This document shows positions 10,101 to 18,684 of a DNA stretch of 32,000 nucleotides, in pieces. Within the stretch, counting starts at the first letter, position 1. Each line of letters starts with the position of its first letter. This DNA is from an archaeon. GTDB taxonomy: Archaea > Iainarchaeota > Iainarchaeia > Iainarchaeales > CSSED10-239. The notes beneath the pieces are model-generated. The model did not search any database and was not told where the DNA came from. It saw only the letters and a list, made by a program, of their open reading frames with translations. The position numbers and the translations under genes were made by a program. The stretch is taken from NCBI GenBank assembly GCA_041657425.1, contig JBBABY010000009.1, positions 15,394-47,393 of the forward strand, given 5' to 3'.

Positions 10101-10266
10101 TGGGTATCCACAGGTCGCCACGATTGAGTCCTGGGCCGTATGGGAAGGCGTCGAGACTATTCACCAATTTAAGAGCATAAGTATGAGCTTCTCGGACGAG
10201 CAGTCGGGGACATTCCGCCTCGATGATAAGTTCGCAGACTTCGTCTCATACCTAAGATATATCTAA
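7153..10266 (+). CDS. large baseplate wedge/peripheral protein with Mu gp48 / DUF2313-like segment
   Basis: 1037-aa ORF starting 7 nt after the J-like stop. Segment WNWFDEYGLVLDTERLLGEPNEEYQARLLNVMKFRANSTTQGVIDGVTQSL resembles the gp48/YmfQ (DUF2313) motif (W...LGL.....E....R..L......GT). That family follows gpJ homologues in Mu/P2/PBSX-type baseplate modules. The rest is unrecognised and contains 10 copies of the tetrapeptide x-P-S-G. Confidence 0.55.
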   Translation: MSPIPSGLSASFFYTDTTIEEHVLEPGKAFYSPFTQKLANYYPGWMELRIDKSSVGQQIINTAGIQLQELDRAFDLMKNSLHLSTADLNAADVLYKVKLSRVVALDEDNPPALHGDGADIIISDSSDEFLRQVFPTRIEVEASGLGASGVTEGLVIPDLTYGVEYYTPWVDQHKEEKDLYYNWDEASQKLIKFHLISEGMERPQEIPVHKEVLGYYSLLDHEGDPITGDFHGITIDDDRLYMLFGNLLYIFDARISLLLNTDASWDGNKEQSFLQAKCDAIILDGVQQGAGILVDGDRSQKWLWCYDNWGWIKYRLHYDYAIVDYDTNTIFFREEYTTCLVDGTTYDQELHNVWNWFDEYGLVLDTERLLGEPNEEYQARLLNVMKFRANSTTQGVIDGVTQSLDLDNWGYFPSGLYPENLFVDGLFPSGYPIYPSGNIPVDIGDVALVDALYTPAFYETVVDSETNIPTVEMVDYTKEILKTFPIFWGSGTPDQYGFIWDIAPFDGGYNNVSITPDFMALLPSGIDEKWYQSGIQDVNPLTSKELMVRLSRTDEDEWIPEVWNGDFHIHNKLYYLYAQGVAEVIPSGVTSYSILGSGLMIPGGHKELIANETFNSGLIHLASGTEMLPVHEFTDNGMEYMVSGNTLLMDPEHGELCFWYETSPSGWYTIPGWDFNPTHAALYDGFIWISDQRQMIDPSGSYTLEVTPDSIPFGGAGGGSVVLGTLLDTAGEPIIGADVYFRVIPSGLGELTDEYRMTGLTGQAYTFYNSPVDISTIWADQVSIDNPTNSLVVDDLITSDEYDKIWTVTTEASAVSGYPGNIQKVWMAYHETLTLTVASGEWLPVPSGWHEDSLGNQTYQGYVTIGGSELNGTIGGADYGDDLFNIDLTSIKYAGLQAIKEVGNTSLPFAYRYEIDDYTEPKDYGKVLVYAVTIPTGSVQVSFDTYRPVRPVNVVPNSPTAGQTTLYYGEPTATIDASKTYQVGYPQVATIESWAVWEGVETIHQFKSISMSFSDEQSGTFRLDDKFADFVSYLRYI

Positions 10267-10277
10267 GAGGGGCGCCG

Positions 10278-12980
10278 ATGAGCGTAAATTCAAGTAGCAG
10301 TTCAGACAACCTAGATAATGTCTTCAGCGAGCCACTCTTCAACAGAAACGAAGTGGTTAACTCGACCAAGCTCAACCAACTAGGAGCACAGGTCGGAGCC
10401 CAGTTTGATATTGTTAGCGAGGCTGTCGGGAACACCTATAGCCAAGGCATTCCTAATGTGGGCGGATCACTGGGTGATCAAGCTCTTCTAACGCCTACTC
10501 CTCTTAACTCAGACGATCCTCTAGGCACCGTTCCACTAATGTATTCAGCAGCAAACACACTCTTCAACAAGATTGAAGGATGTACTACAAGCTGGACTCA
10601 GGCAACTATCGATGGCATCTTAACAGATATATGCACAGTCACACTGCCGACTGGTAGTCAGATATCAGCTGATCTAGCTGTCGCCGACGACGAACATGAA
10701 GTTGTTAAGAACGTTGTTCTCTCAATAGGGAACACATTCTACCCTGGGATATACCTAACGCCAACAGGGCACTCAACCCATGTCGATATGGATTCATTGA
10801 TCTATGTCGGTCGCGATATCCCGAATAGTGAAACCAACTGCACGCTGTATGTATCTAACCTAAGTACCACAGCGGCGTTAGAAGAAGTTATCCGTAACGT
10901 TGGAGATCTAACGGTCTCCAGGCTAACAGGATATGTTCTTACAGATACGGCTATCTCAACCGAGTCAGCCTACCCAACGATCACAAAGAGTATCAACTCT
11001 ATTGATGACAAACCTGTCACTGTGCGTTGGCATGCTCGCCTAGCGTTTGATCCAGCAACACATCTACCTACAACTGGGGCACTCTCTGGTCCAAACTGGG
11101 TTTGGACAACAACTGCTAGTGCTTCCTCATGGGCGGATGGTAACCCGTCTCCCACCATGGTTAGAGCACTTATCGCTAACGACATAACTAATACCTGGCT
11201 GAATGTTAATAGTTCATTTAGTCCATTAGCCTATGCTAACGGAGCACCACTCCTGAATAGCACTGGCACTCCAATCGCAGTTACAGTAGGCTACCAACAC
11301 TCAACAGGTACTCTTACTATAACAATGCCAACGTACACAACCGTCTTCGCTAATCTATTCAGCACCTATAGCGACCAATCTCCCGCCTATATCGATGTCT
11401 ACTTCGCTGTAGAAGTTCCCTATAGGCTTCTACAGTCTTACTCAACTACCTATGACCACGAAGGTGCTGATGATAGATACCTATTCAAGCATATCCTTGG
11501 CGATCAGTATGGATGGTCTGAGGCCAGTGGATACCCAAACACAATAGCCAATAGGCTAGATGCCGATGAGGCTGACATTGCAACTCTGATGGGCCAGGCT
11601 TCTAACTCGCTGCGCACTCATGAGACAGTTACAGTTGATATCGCTGACATCCTTGCTTCAAGAACAACTATAGAGAGTGCTCTTGTCAACAACGTTATGA
11701 CACCATCCATCTTCTCGGATATCGTTAGTAACGCTGATCCGGCTATTACACATCACACTGTAGCCCTACAGCCAGGCATACACAACCTAAATTCAAGTCC
11801 ACTCATAGTGCCTGCATTCAACTCTATCATTGGAGTATCAGCAGACGAGTGTAAGATCAATGGAAATATTGTTCTTGGCCGCGGTGCAACTCTTGAGAAC
11901 GTGAACGTTTTGGGTACAGTAACCTGTGGCGAGGCGCCAGAGGACGTACAGAGCGACACTCTTGCAGACAACCTATACAACTGGGCAGAAATGTTCTCTA
12001 TACATTGTCCAGCCGGAACAACCACGGGCTCATCAATTATTAATCAAGCGTGGCCGTATGGATATGGCACCAACTCTACTGCCACTACGCGTTGGACCTG
12101 TGCACCAATTACAACTGGGACAGGTTCTATATCTGTCGGAGCAGAGAAAGATTCAAGTGGAGTTAATAGACTGGTTGCTTCCTCTATCGCTCCTGGTGGA
12201 AGCTCAGCATCGTTCACTCTCAACACAAACTCTTTCAATAGTGTTGCAATCAATAACACGATATATGCCAGAATAAAGGTGCCTACTATAAGTGCCAGTA
12301 CGGCTGAAGCTGGCGTAGGAATGCTTACTGGAACCCGCGGGGTAAGGGTTCATGTCTTAAATAGCGGTGGAACGCGATACTGGAACGTCCAGGCTACTGG
12401 AGATGGTTCGACTTGGGGAGGGTATGGAAGTCCAATAGCTATTGGAACTCCCAACCCATACACAGAGTGGACCGATCTTAAAATCGTGTGGTATACAATA
12501 AAGGTTGATGTATATGCCAAGACTATAGCAGGAGCCTACACATTAATTGCAAGTGTGAATCTCCCTGGGAGTTTAAGTCCTATAATGGGAACAGCCTATG
12601 GTCAGATCTATAGTAAGACACCAGCCAGCGGAACCTCAACAATTGAATGTTGCAGGTTCTTTATTAAACAGACAGCATCCTCTGCAGTTGATCCTCTTGC
12701 TGGCTCCAACCCTACAACTACAACAACACTAATAAGGCATGGTATTAATAAGTGCCATATATATAACCCAGCAAGTAGTGGAATCATCCACAACAATATG
12801 CTTGCTGGAGTAGAAATTACTAATAGTCGAGTGACTGCTAAAGCTCCAGTTAGCTACACTGGTAACAAACTGGCTATATCTAGTAGCTCAAGAAGGTCCA
12901 ATAATACATCTGGGTATATGAGACTGCTCGATTCTGATGGCCAGATTGCAGAGATTCTTGGCGTGGAGCAGTATATCTAA
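10278..12980 (+). CDS. structural protein, possibly fibre/receptor-binding-like (function unknown)
   Basis: 900-aa ORF with GAGGGG upstream. N-terminus FNRNEVVNSTKLNQLGAQV resembles N-terminal motifs of phage fibre-type proteins. The central part has a short beta-helix-like stretch (NGNIVLGRGATLENVNVLGTVTCG). The C-terminal part looks like a jelly-roll (TEWTDLKIVWYTIKVDVYAKT). The ORF is solid; the function is a guess. Confidence 0.5.
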   Translation: MSVNSSSSSDNLDNVFSEPLFNRNEVVNSTKLNQLGAQVGAQFDIVSEAVGNTYSQGIPNVGGSLGDQALLTPTPLNSDDPLGTVPLMYSAANTLFNKIEGCTTSWTQATIDGILTDICTVTLPTGSQISADLAVADDEHEVVKNVVLSIGNTFYPGIYLTPTGHSTHVDMDSLIYVGRDIPNSETNCTLYVSNLSTTAALEEVIRNVGDLTVSRLTGYVLTDTAISTESAYPTITKSINSIDDKPVTVRWHARLAFDPATHLPTTGALSGPNWVWTTTASASSWADGNPSPTMVRALIANDITNTWLNVNSSFSPLAYANGAPLLNSTGTPIAVTVGYQHSTGTLTITMPTYTTVFANLFSTYSDQSPAYIDVYFAVEVPYRLLQSYSTTYDHEGADDRYLFKHILGDQYGWSEASGYPNTIANRLDADEADIATLMGQASNSLRTHETVTVDIADILASRTTIESALVNNVMTPSIFSDIVSNADPAITHHTVALQPGIHNLNSSPLIVPAFNSIIGVSADECKINGNIVLGRGATLENVNVLGTVTCGEAPEDVQSDTLADNLYNWAEMFSIHCPAGTTTGSSIINQAWPYGYGTNSTATTRWTCAPITTGTGSISVGAEKDSSGVNRLVASSIAPGGSSASFTLNTNSFNSVAINNTIYARIKVPTISASTAEAGVGMLTGTRGVRVHVLNSGGTRYWNVQATGDGSTWGGYGSPIAIGTPNPYTEWTDLKIVWYTIKVDVYAKTIAGAYTLIASVNLPGSLSPIMGTAYGQIYSKTPASGTSTIECCRFFIKQTASSAVDPLAGSNPTTTTTLIRHGINKCHIYNPASSGIIHNNMLAGVEITNSRVTAKAPVSYTGNKLAISSSSRRSNNTSGYMRLLDSDGQIAEILGVEQYI

Positions 12981-12992
12981 GGAGGAATTAAG

Positions 12993-13352
12993 ATGGCACT
13001 AAGTGGAAAGATTGTAAACACCTCAAGGGGTTCTAGCGGAAATCTACTCAGCGTAGCAGCTGGAAGTCGTGGCATTCTTCGGAATCTAAGAATAAACTCG
13101 ACAGGACACGGTGCCGGAGACACTGTCTCTATAGCTTTTAATGTTGATGGAGTTGCCGGCGACTCGATCAATTTGTACACATATCCTACCGGCGGCTGGG
13201 ACACAATGCTCCCAGGCTTTAGTGGTGGCACGGGCGGCAATCTTACAGGTACAGCAATTAACATTCCGTTTAATAATGGGATTACTGTCCCGGTTGTTAT
13301 ATCCGGCTCTGTAACAGTTGAAGCGTCGTTCGACATTGTAGTCGAGTCTTAA
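12993..13352 (+). CDS. small Gly/Ser-rich beta-type virion or assembly protein (unknown)
   Basis: 119-aa ORF with the strongest SD in the window (GGAGGA 12981..12986, 6-nt spacer). Same strand as all neighbours. A mirror ORF on the minus strand is rejected (see noticed_but_rejected). Confidence 0.7.
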   Translation: MALSGKIVNTSRGSSGNLLSVAAGSRGILRNLRINSTGHGAGDTVSIAFNVDGVAGDSINLYTYPTGGWDTMLPGFSGGTGGNLTGTAINIPFNNGITVPVVISGSVTVEASFDIVVES

Positions 13353-13367
13353 TAACAGGAGCTACAA

Positions 13368-15341
13368 TTGGCCTGCCTAAAGCGCTTCTACTTCCGATAT
13401 TCTCGTGAGGTCCCTAAGACTGATATAGGTACATTACGTGGGCCGAATCTGGCCTATGTTAATGTGCCTGAGCTTGACCCGTCTTCGGATACTGGGAATA
13501 TTAGTATCGTAGATACATCGACATCCTTCCCAGAGAACTCAGTTCTCTTCTCGGATTCGGTGCGTATCTTTACGGCGGGATATACCCTGGCAGACACAGA
13601 CAACGTATTGATCACTGATGAGTATACCAATACCAACTCTAACCACACACTAGATCCTATAAGCCGAAGCCTACCTGTGCGCCCCATGTGGTATAGACAT
13701 AAGTTCGATCTACCTATTATTACTCAGCCCAATGGCTTATATTCTGTACAGGTCGTTGATAGTCTAGGTAGTACAATCTCCTCTTCTCACTATAAGCTTT
13801 ATCCAGATAGCGGCGCTGCGAAAGAGGGGATCTATACAGATCTAATCAATACGCCTGATCTATGGTACTATGTGGTTTATCTAACTACGAGCGGAGCAGA
13901 AGTCCGCAGGCTCCTATCGGTTACTCCTATCTTCTCTGACATATCTAAAACTGGTGGAACACTTATAGGTAAAACCTTTAAGACGAACTATAGTACCTTA
14001 TATAACACTGTGGAGATCACTACTCCGGAAGCAAATCACCAGTACAGCCTAATGGCTATAGGTACTACGAAGATAGCTGTAAAGCATCCTGTCCAGGCAG
14101 CCGATGAGGACCCATGGTATGTGCAGATTACTAATGGATACTTTAGGAAGTATGTAACCGATGGCAGTGATGTCAATGTGTACGAATACTACCTCCCAGA
14201 ATATGCAGTTCAGACATGGAACCCCAGCCGTCCAGACAAGTCACAGTTCGGTGAGGCGCCTATCTTCCTAGATAATGATTTAGTACGACTAAGGCAAACA
14301 CCATTATCTAATAGCAATATTAGGACCGGGTCAGATATAAACCCAGCCGAAAATGTACGAGTCTACTTAAGGGCAAGCAGTGAAAGATCTAACGAGATCA
14401 ATGAACTGATCAATGCTGCGGGCGGCAAGGTAGACACAGCTCCCTATCTGGGCAACGAAACTACTGAAGGCTGGTGGGAACTAATTATAGACGGTATCGA
14501 CCGCAATACGGGTCTCATCAGAGTTAAGGGAATCAGGGGAAAGTTGGATCCGAGTGATACCGATCCAACTGATATTCTTACTGGGGACGACGCCAAGATC
14601 TATGCCAGCGATACTCTAATTGCCTTCTATTATTATGAAGAGCTTGAGTATACGTTCAAGAAGATCAACCTAAATCCTATTCAGAACAGGCAGCTATTAA
14701 CAAGCGGTGTCTCTATCTACATGAGGCCCCCTGCTTATAAACTAGGGAGCGCAGCTAGTATCCCAGCTAGTACAACAGTAGACTACCTAATGTTTGATAA
14801 GGATCAGAAGATCATTAAGGCATCAGACACTTCCGTTGTCCTAGGTGGAGCTCTAGAAGACTTCTATGCGGCTGGCGCCACTGAAGAGATCCCAGGAGTC
14901 GGGTACAACCAGACCCTTCTGCTAGAGATCGCTCGTATCTTTGTAAGGAATACAGCTCTTATTCGGGACATCACAGATGAGAACCTGGTTGACACACGCC
15001 AACAGGGCGGCCTTCTAATTGAAGACCTTCCTCAAGAAGTCATCGATCTTATCAATAGGTCTACCAATGACATGTATGAATTGCGGAACTGGGACGGCAT
15101 TGTTCTCCCAGGAAACTCTGTGGTCATAATCAAAGTCCCTAGTTATCTATTAAACGATAACTGGGAAGCAGATGGGACTCTACTAATAGGAGATGCTCTT
15201 ACCCGCAGGATGATTGATATCCGCAACCTATGTAAGAAGCACCTAGCCTCTGGCGTACTACCCATAGTGAGGTTCTATGATAATGCAACGAGAGAGATCG
15301 TAGAGACCTATAAGCCACCCCTCGACAGAAGGTATTTCTAA
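13368..15341 (+). CDS. structural protein of unknown function (TTG start)
   Basis: 657-aa ORF. AGGAG at 13357..13361 lies 6 nt upstream of TTG 13368, and the next in-frame Met is ~107 codons downstream, so the TTG start is favoured. Its stop overlaps the next start (TAATG at 15339..15343). Confidence 0.7.
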   Translation: MACLKRFYFRYSREVPKTDIGTLRGPNLAYVNVPELDPSSDTGNISIVDTSTSFPENSVLFSDSVRIFTAGYTLADTDNVLITDEYTNTNSNHTLDPISRSLPVRPMWYRHKFDLPIITQPNGLYSVQVVDSLGSTISSSHYKLYPDSGAAKEGIYTDLINTPDLWYYVVYLTTSGAEVRRLLSVTPIFSDISKTGGTLIGKTFKTNYSTLYNTVEITTPEANHQYSLMAIGTTKIAVKHPVQAADEDPWYVQITNGYFRKYVTDGSDVNVYEYYLPEYAVQTWNPSRPDKSQFGEAPIFLDNDLVRLRQTPLSNSNIRTGSDINPAENVRVYLRASSERSNEINELINAAGGKVDTAPYLGNETTEGWWELIIDGIDRNTGLIRVKGIRGKLDPSDTDPTDILTGDDAKIYASDTLIAFYYYEELEYTFKKINLNPIQNRQLLTSGVSIYMRPPAYKLGSAASIPASTTVDYLMFDKDQKIIKASDTSVVLGGALEDFYAAGATEEIPGVGYNQTLLLEIARIFVRNTALIRDITDENLVDTRQQGGLLIEDLPQEVIDLINRSTNDMYELRNWDGIVLPGNSVVIIKVPSYLLNDNWEADGTLLIGDALTRRMIDIRNLCKKHLASGVLPIVRFYDNATREIVETYKPPLDRRYF

Positions 15342-17182
15342 TGGCTAACTGGAGTTACTTAGACGCCTATACTGGCTCACTGCCCGCTGCACAGCGGCAG
15401 CGCCTGCTTGACCTGCTATATGCAGATATCAAGACTGAGACCATTGGCAATATCACAGACTACGAAGCACAGCTTAACAAGCAGTTAGAGAAGATCGCTG
15501 GCAAGCTCCCAGCCCCTAAGTTCAAGCTCAGAAAGACCAATGAGAAGGGCATCACTAACTCCTATAACTATAATGATATGGAGACTAATGCCATAAGTGA
15601 TCTGGGCCTACTCTATAAAGAGGCAGTCCTACTAAGCGAGGCCTCATCCAATCATAGTAATCTGTTGATTGGAAAGCTAGAGTCTATCGAGAGTGTCCTG
15701 GGGCGCCTTGAAAAGGAAGTAGATTCTCTTGAGGTTTTAGCCTCTAACACAGAGGGCTTTGTAACAAGTGTCTTCAATTCCTTTGAGGAAGGTAGTACTA
15801 ACCGGCTAGAAAGATACCAGTCTCCTTCTATCTCTCCATTTACAATAGCCATTGTAGGCTTCATTAGTAATGAGTATGATGCCGTTACCGAAGGTGGTAG
15901 CTTACGCCTCCCTGTCAGCAACACTATCTCATATAGGCTTGAGGCAGCATCGCTTGAGAATCAGACTCCAGAAGCCAGCGGCGTTATCTCTACTAGCGAA
16001 GATACTCCTACAGAAGACAGAGAGTATGGTCTAGCTAAGCTCATAGATGCAAACACCTCGACCTATTGGGCAGAGACCGTAACCATTCCAACCCTAACAG
16101 CTCAATCGGCTACCGCAGATCTTGTAGTACTATTGGCAGGTGTGCAACAGCTTACACGTATTGTGGTTGAGCCCTTTACTAGATTCCCATATAAGATTAC
16201 AGGGATCCGATACAAAGAGAACCGCGCTAGTGTTCAGGAGTTTGATGTCTACGATGACCCAGCAGAGAGATTCCCCATCTGGGTGTCAGGAAAGACCATC
16301 ATCGAATTCCCCACTATCGCCGCTGATCAGATCAGAATATCTATAGAGCAGCCTAACTACTCAAGACTACGCTATGTTGTCCCCAACACTAACAATACTG
16401 TTACTGAGCTCTTTGATCTAGCAACTGGTCAACAACTTGACATCAGCCCCGAGCTAGAAGAAGTAGACTCAGTATACTTTGCTATGACGCGCAACATGCG
16501 CAACCTATTGAATATCAATAGGGACAAGTTAATGGACATCACGACAGTGGATACGTTCGAGTTCCTCTATGGCCTTAAGAGTCTAGCTGTAGCACAGCTT
16601 AACTATAAGAGCCAAGGGATCTTTGTATCCAAGACGTATGATATACCATTAGCCGGAGGCATTGGACTAGAGGTAGACCAAACAAGTCCCAGCGACTTAG
16701 TGTCTGTTGAGTTTGATGTCCTTGCAGAATACCGTGATGCTGGTGAGTATGTGGATAACTTCGAGTCACCTATCTTACCCGCAGATATATCTGTAGTTAC
16801 GGGCGAGATCCTTGACGGCGAGGAAGAAGACTATAATACCCGCTGGGTAGCAACTACTAGGTTTAGAGTAGATGAAGCAGAAGAGATTGTTGTCTACCAA
16901 AATGGTACAATAATGTTAGATAGTGCATATAGCAAGAGCTTCTCCGATGGCTACCTAACCATTGAAATAGACAGCACTAAAGTCTCCTATGCTTCTAGGA
17001 AAGTCTCCTTCTTCTCTATAGACTACACTCCACAAGAGAGTGCCTATACAGTAGGTCTTGAGAGACATGATAACACTCTAGTTAATCTCCGTATCTTCCT
17101 TCGTAGTAAAGACCCGAACAAGCAATTAAGCCCAGTCATTAACTCATACAGTATGAAGTTCAAGAAGTTCTCCGGAGCTTAA
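15341..17182 (+). CDS. structural protein, paralogue 1 of 3: coiled-coil N-terminus plus discoidin-like beta-sandwich
   Basis: 613-aa ORF. LIDANTSTYWAETV...LTRIVVEPFTRFPYKITGIRY...FPTIAADQIRISIEQ (nt ~16030..16360) fits the F5/8 type C / galactose-binding-domain-like pattern (DGN..T.W ... L.vDLG....i..i.i ... RYvRI). It shares an architecture and linker motifs with the next two genes. Confidence 0.6.
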   Translation: MANWSYLDAYTGSLPAAQRQRLLDLLYADIKTETIGNITDYEAQLNKQLEKIAGKLPAPKFKLRKTNEKGITNSYNYNDMETNAISDLGLLYKEAVLLSEASSNHSNLLIGKLESIESVLGRLEKEVDSLEVLASNTEGFVTSVFNSFEEGSTNRLERYQSPSISPFTIAIVGFISNEYDAVTEGGSLRLPVSNTISYRLEAASLENQTPEASGVISTSEDTPTEDREYGLAKLIDANTSTYWAETVTIPTLTAQSATADLVVLLAGVQQLTRIVVEPFTRFPYKITGIRYKENRASVQEFDVYDDPAERFPIWVSGKTIIEFPTIAADQIRISIEQPNYSRLRYVVPNTNNTVTELFDLATGQQLDISPELEEVDSVYFAMTRNMRNLLNINRDKLMDITTVDTFEFLYGLKSLAVAQLNYKSQGIFVSKTYDIPLAGGIGLEVDQTSPSDLVSVEFDVLAEYRDAGEYVDNFESPILPADISVVTGEILDGEEEDYNTRWVATTRFRVDEAEEIVVYQNGTIMLDSAYSKSFSDGYLTIEIDSTKVSYASRKVSFFSIDYTPQESAYTVGLERHDNTLVNLRIFLRSKDPNKQLSPVINSYSMKFKKFSGA

Positions 17183-17184
17183 GA

Positions 17185-18684
17185 ATGCCCGAAGTAATCA
17201 TAAAAGACACCGCTCTAATAACCGGTCTAATAGAACAGAAGCTTAGGATCATTGACAACCTTGTCAACGATAGGTCTTTGACCCTACGCGGAGATAGCAG
17301 CCGTGGCGATCTTCTGTCATCTGTTCAGCTCGCCCTTCGGGACTTCCTTGCATCTATCAAAAGATGTAGTACAGCATCCGCAATGACTCGGGTAGTGCGC
17401 GGGAACATTAATAGCTCGGAGCAGTACAATGCCTTCTGGGGAGCTGTCAATGACGACCTAGTCTCCCTATACAAAGAGGCCGACAGGCTTGGTGACCTTC
17501 TTAAGGATCACCATAACTATGTTATGGCCGATATACAGAATCTATTAATCCAACTTAAGGCAGTTAATAGTAGGCTAGCTAACTATGGCCTCTACGCAGA
17601 GACACTGCTATCCAATGAGCGTAATCTAACCGACAACTTCAGTGACACCTCAAAGCTAGAACTCAACTCTCCGCTACTAGGGAAGTCTGAGTGCACGGTA
17701 GATATGGTACAGGGAGTAGTTACACTTGCCATAAGTTCCGAAGAGTTAGTCAAGAAAGATGGCATCGCTGACATCGTTATCTCTTCAGTCAATAGCAATG
17801 GCCAAGCCTATGGAAGTACCAATCTATTAAGCACTATTAATAGTGGGGACTTCTACCTATATGAATACGAGATAACATCTGAAGGAATCCAGCCTAACAA
17901 AGTTACCCTGGACTTCACTATTAAGTTAGAGGAAATGAAGATCCTCAACTTCCTACGTATTGTCCCCAACAACTTTGGAACGAAGACCTGGCCAAAGATC
18001 ACAGCGCTGGATGTATCAGAAGATGGTATTACCATGAATAGTATTCGTAACGAGCTGCTTGGCAATGGAGCAAGTGAGGACCAATTCACCCTAGCTCCTT
18101 ATACAAGTAACTATGCTGGAGAGGGACGCTACAGCTTCCTCCCCAAGCGGGTTAAGTTCGTACATATCACCATTGAACAAACAGCCCCTTACTTTGATGT
18201 AGCACGCAATCTATATAGATGGGTTGTTGGTATTAAGAATATCGAGCTGTGGGGTAGGAAGTTCGAGAATGAGTCAGAGCTTATCTCTAGAGATTATACT
18301 ATCACTAAGGGTATAGAGCAAGTAGCCTTTGATGCTGACGAGTTACCTAACCTACTATACTCCGATACCCTACTGGCCTCAGAGGCAGATATCAAGCATG
18401 AGGTATCCGTTGATGGTGGGATGCGCTGGTATAAGATAGCCCCCCAATACCTAAGCACTGTAGACCCTGAGGCACCAGAGCTTATCTACGTAAATGCTGT
18501 TGATGAAACTGGTGGCTCCACTGGTCTCAACCATATTCAAACAGAGTATGAAGCTACTAACATCAGATACCGCTTAAGGCTAAGTAAGAACGAGACCGTG
18601 ATCGATGACCCTGAACTAGCAGAGTATTATTCTCCCATTGTGAGAAGTATTATACTTAAGATAATTACCAAAGAGGTCTTGTAA
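17185..18684 (+). CDS. structural protein, paralogue 2 of 3: coiled-coil N-terminus plus discoidin-like beta-sandwich
   Basis: 499-aa ORF starting 2 nt after the previous stop. LNFLRIVPNNFGTKTWPKITALDVSEDGITMNSI ... RVKFVHITIEQTAPY ... VVGIKNIELWGR (nt ~17900..18260) is discoidin-like. Its stop overlaps the next start (TAATG 18682..18686). Confidence 0.6.
   Translation: MPEVIIKDTALITGLIEQKLRIIDNLVNDRSLTLRGDSSRGDLLSSVQLALRDFLASIKRCSTASAMTRVVRGNINSSEQYNAFWGAVNDDLVSLYKEADRLGDLLKDHHNYVMADIQNLLIQLKAVNSRLANYGLYAETLLSNERNLTDNFSDTSKLELNSPLLGKSECTVDMVQGVVTLAISSEELVKKDGIADIVISSVNSNGQAYGSTNLLSTINSGDFYLYEYEITSEGIQPNKVTLDFTIKLEEMKILNFLRIVPNNFGTKTWPKITALDVSEDGITMNSIRNELLGNGASEDQFTLAPYTSNYAGEGRYSFLPKRVKFVHITIEQTAPYFDVARNLYRWVVGIKNIELWGRKFENESELISRDYTITKGIEQVAFDADELPNLLYSDTLLASEADIKHEVSVDGGMRWYKIAPQYLSTVDPEAPELIYVNAVDETGGSTGLNHIQTEYEATNIRYRLRLSKNETVIDDPELAEYYSPIVRSIILKIITKEVL

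Noticed and set aside
12977-13336. A 119-aa minus-strand ORF that mirrors the + strand ORF 12993..13352 almost exactly.
   Set aside because: The + ORF has the strongest SD in the window (GGAGGA, 6-nt spacer) and matches the operon direction. The minus ORF is Pro-rich, as expected from reading Gly-rich GGN codons backwards. It also has no SD and would be the only minus-strand gene in 32 kb.
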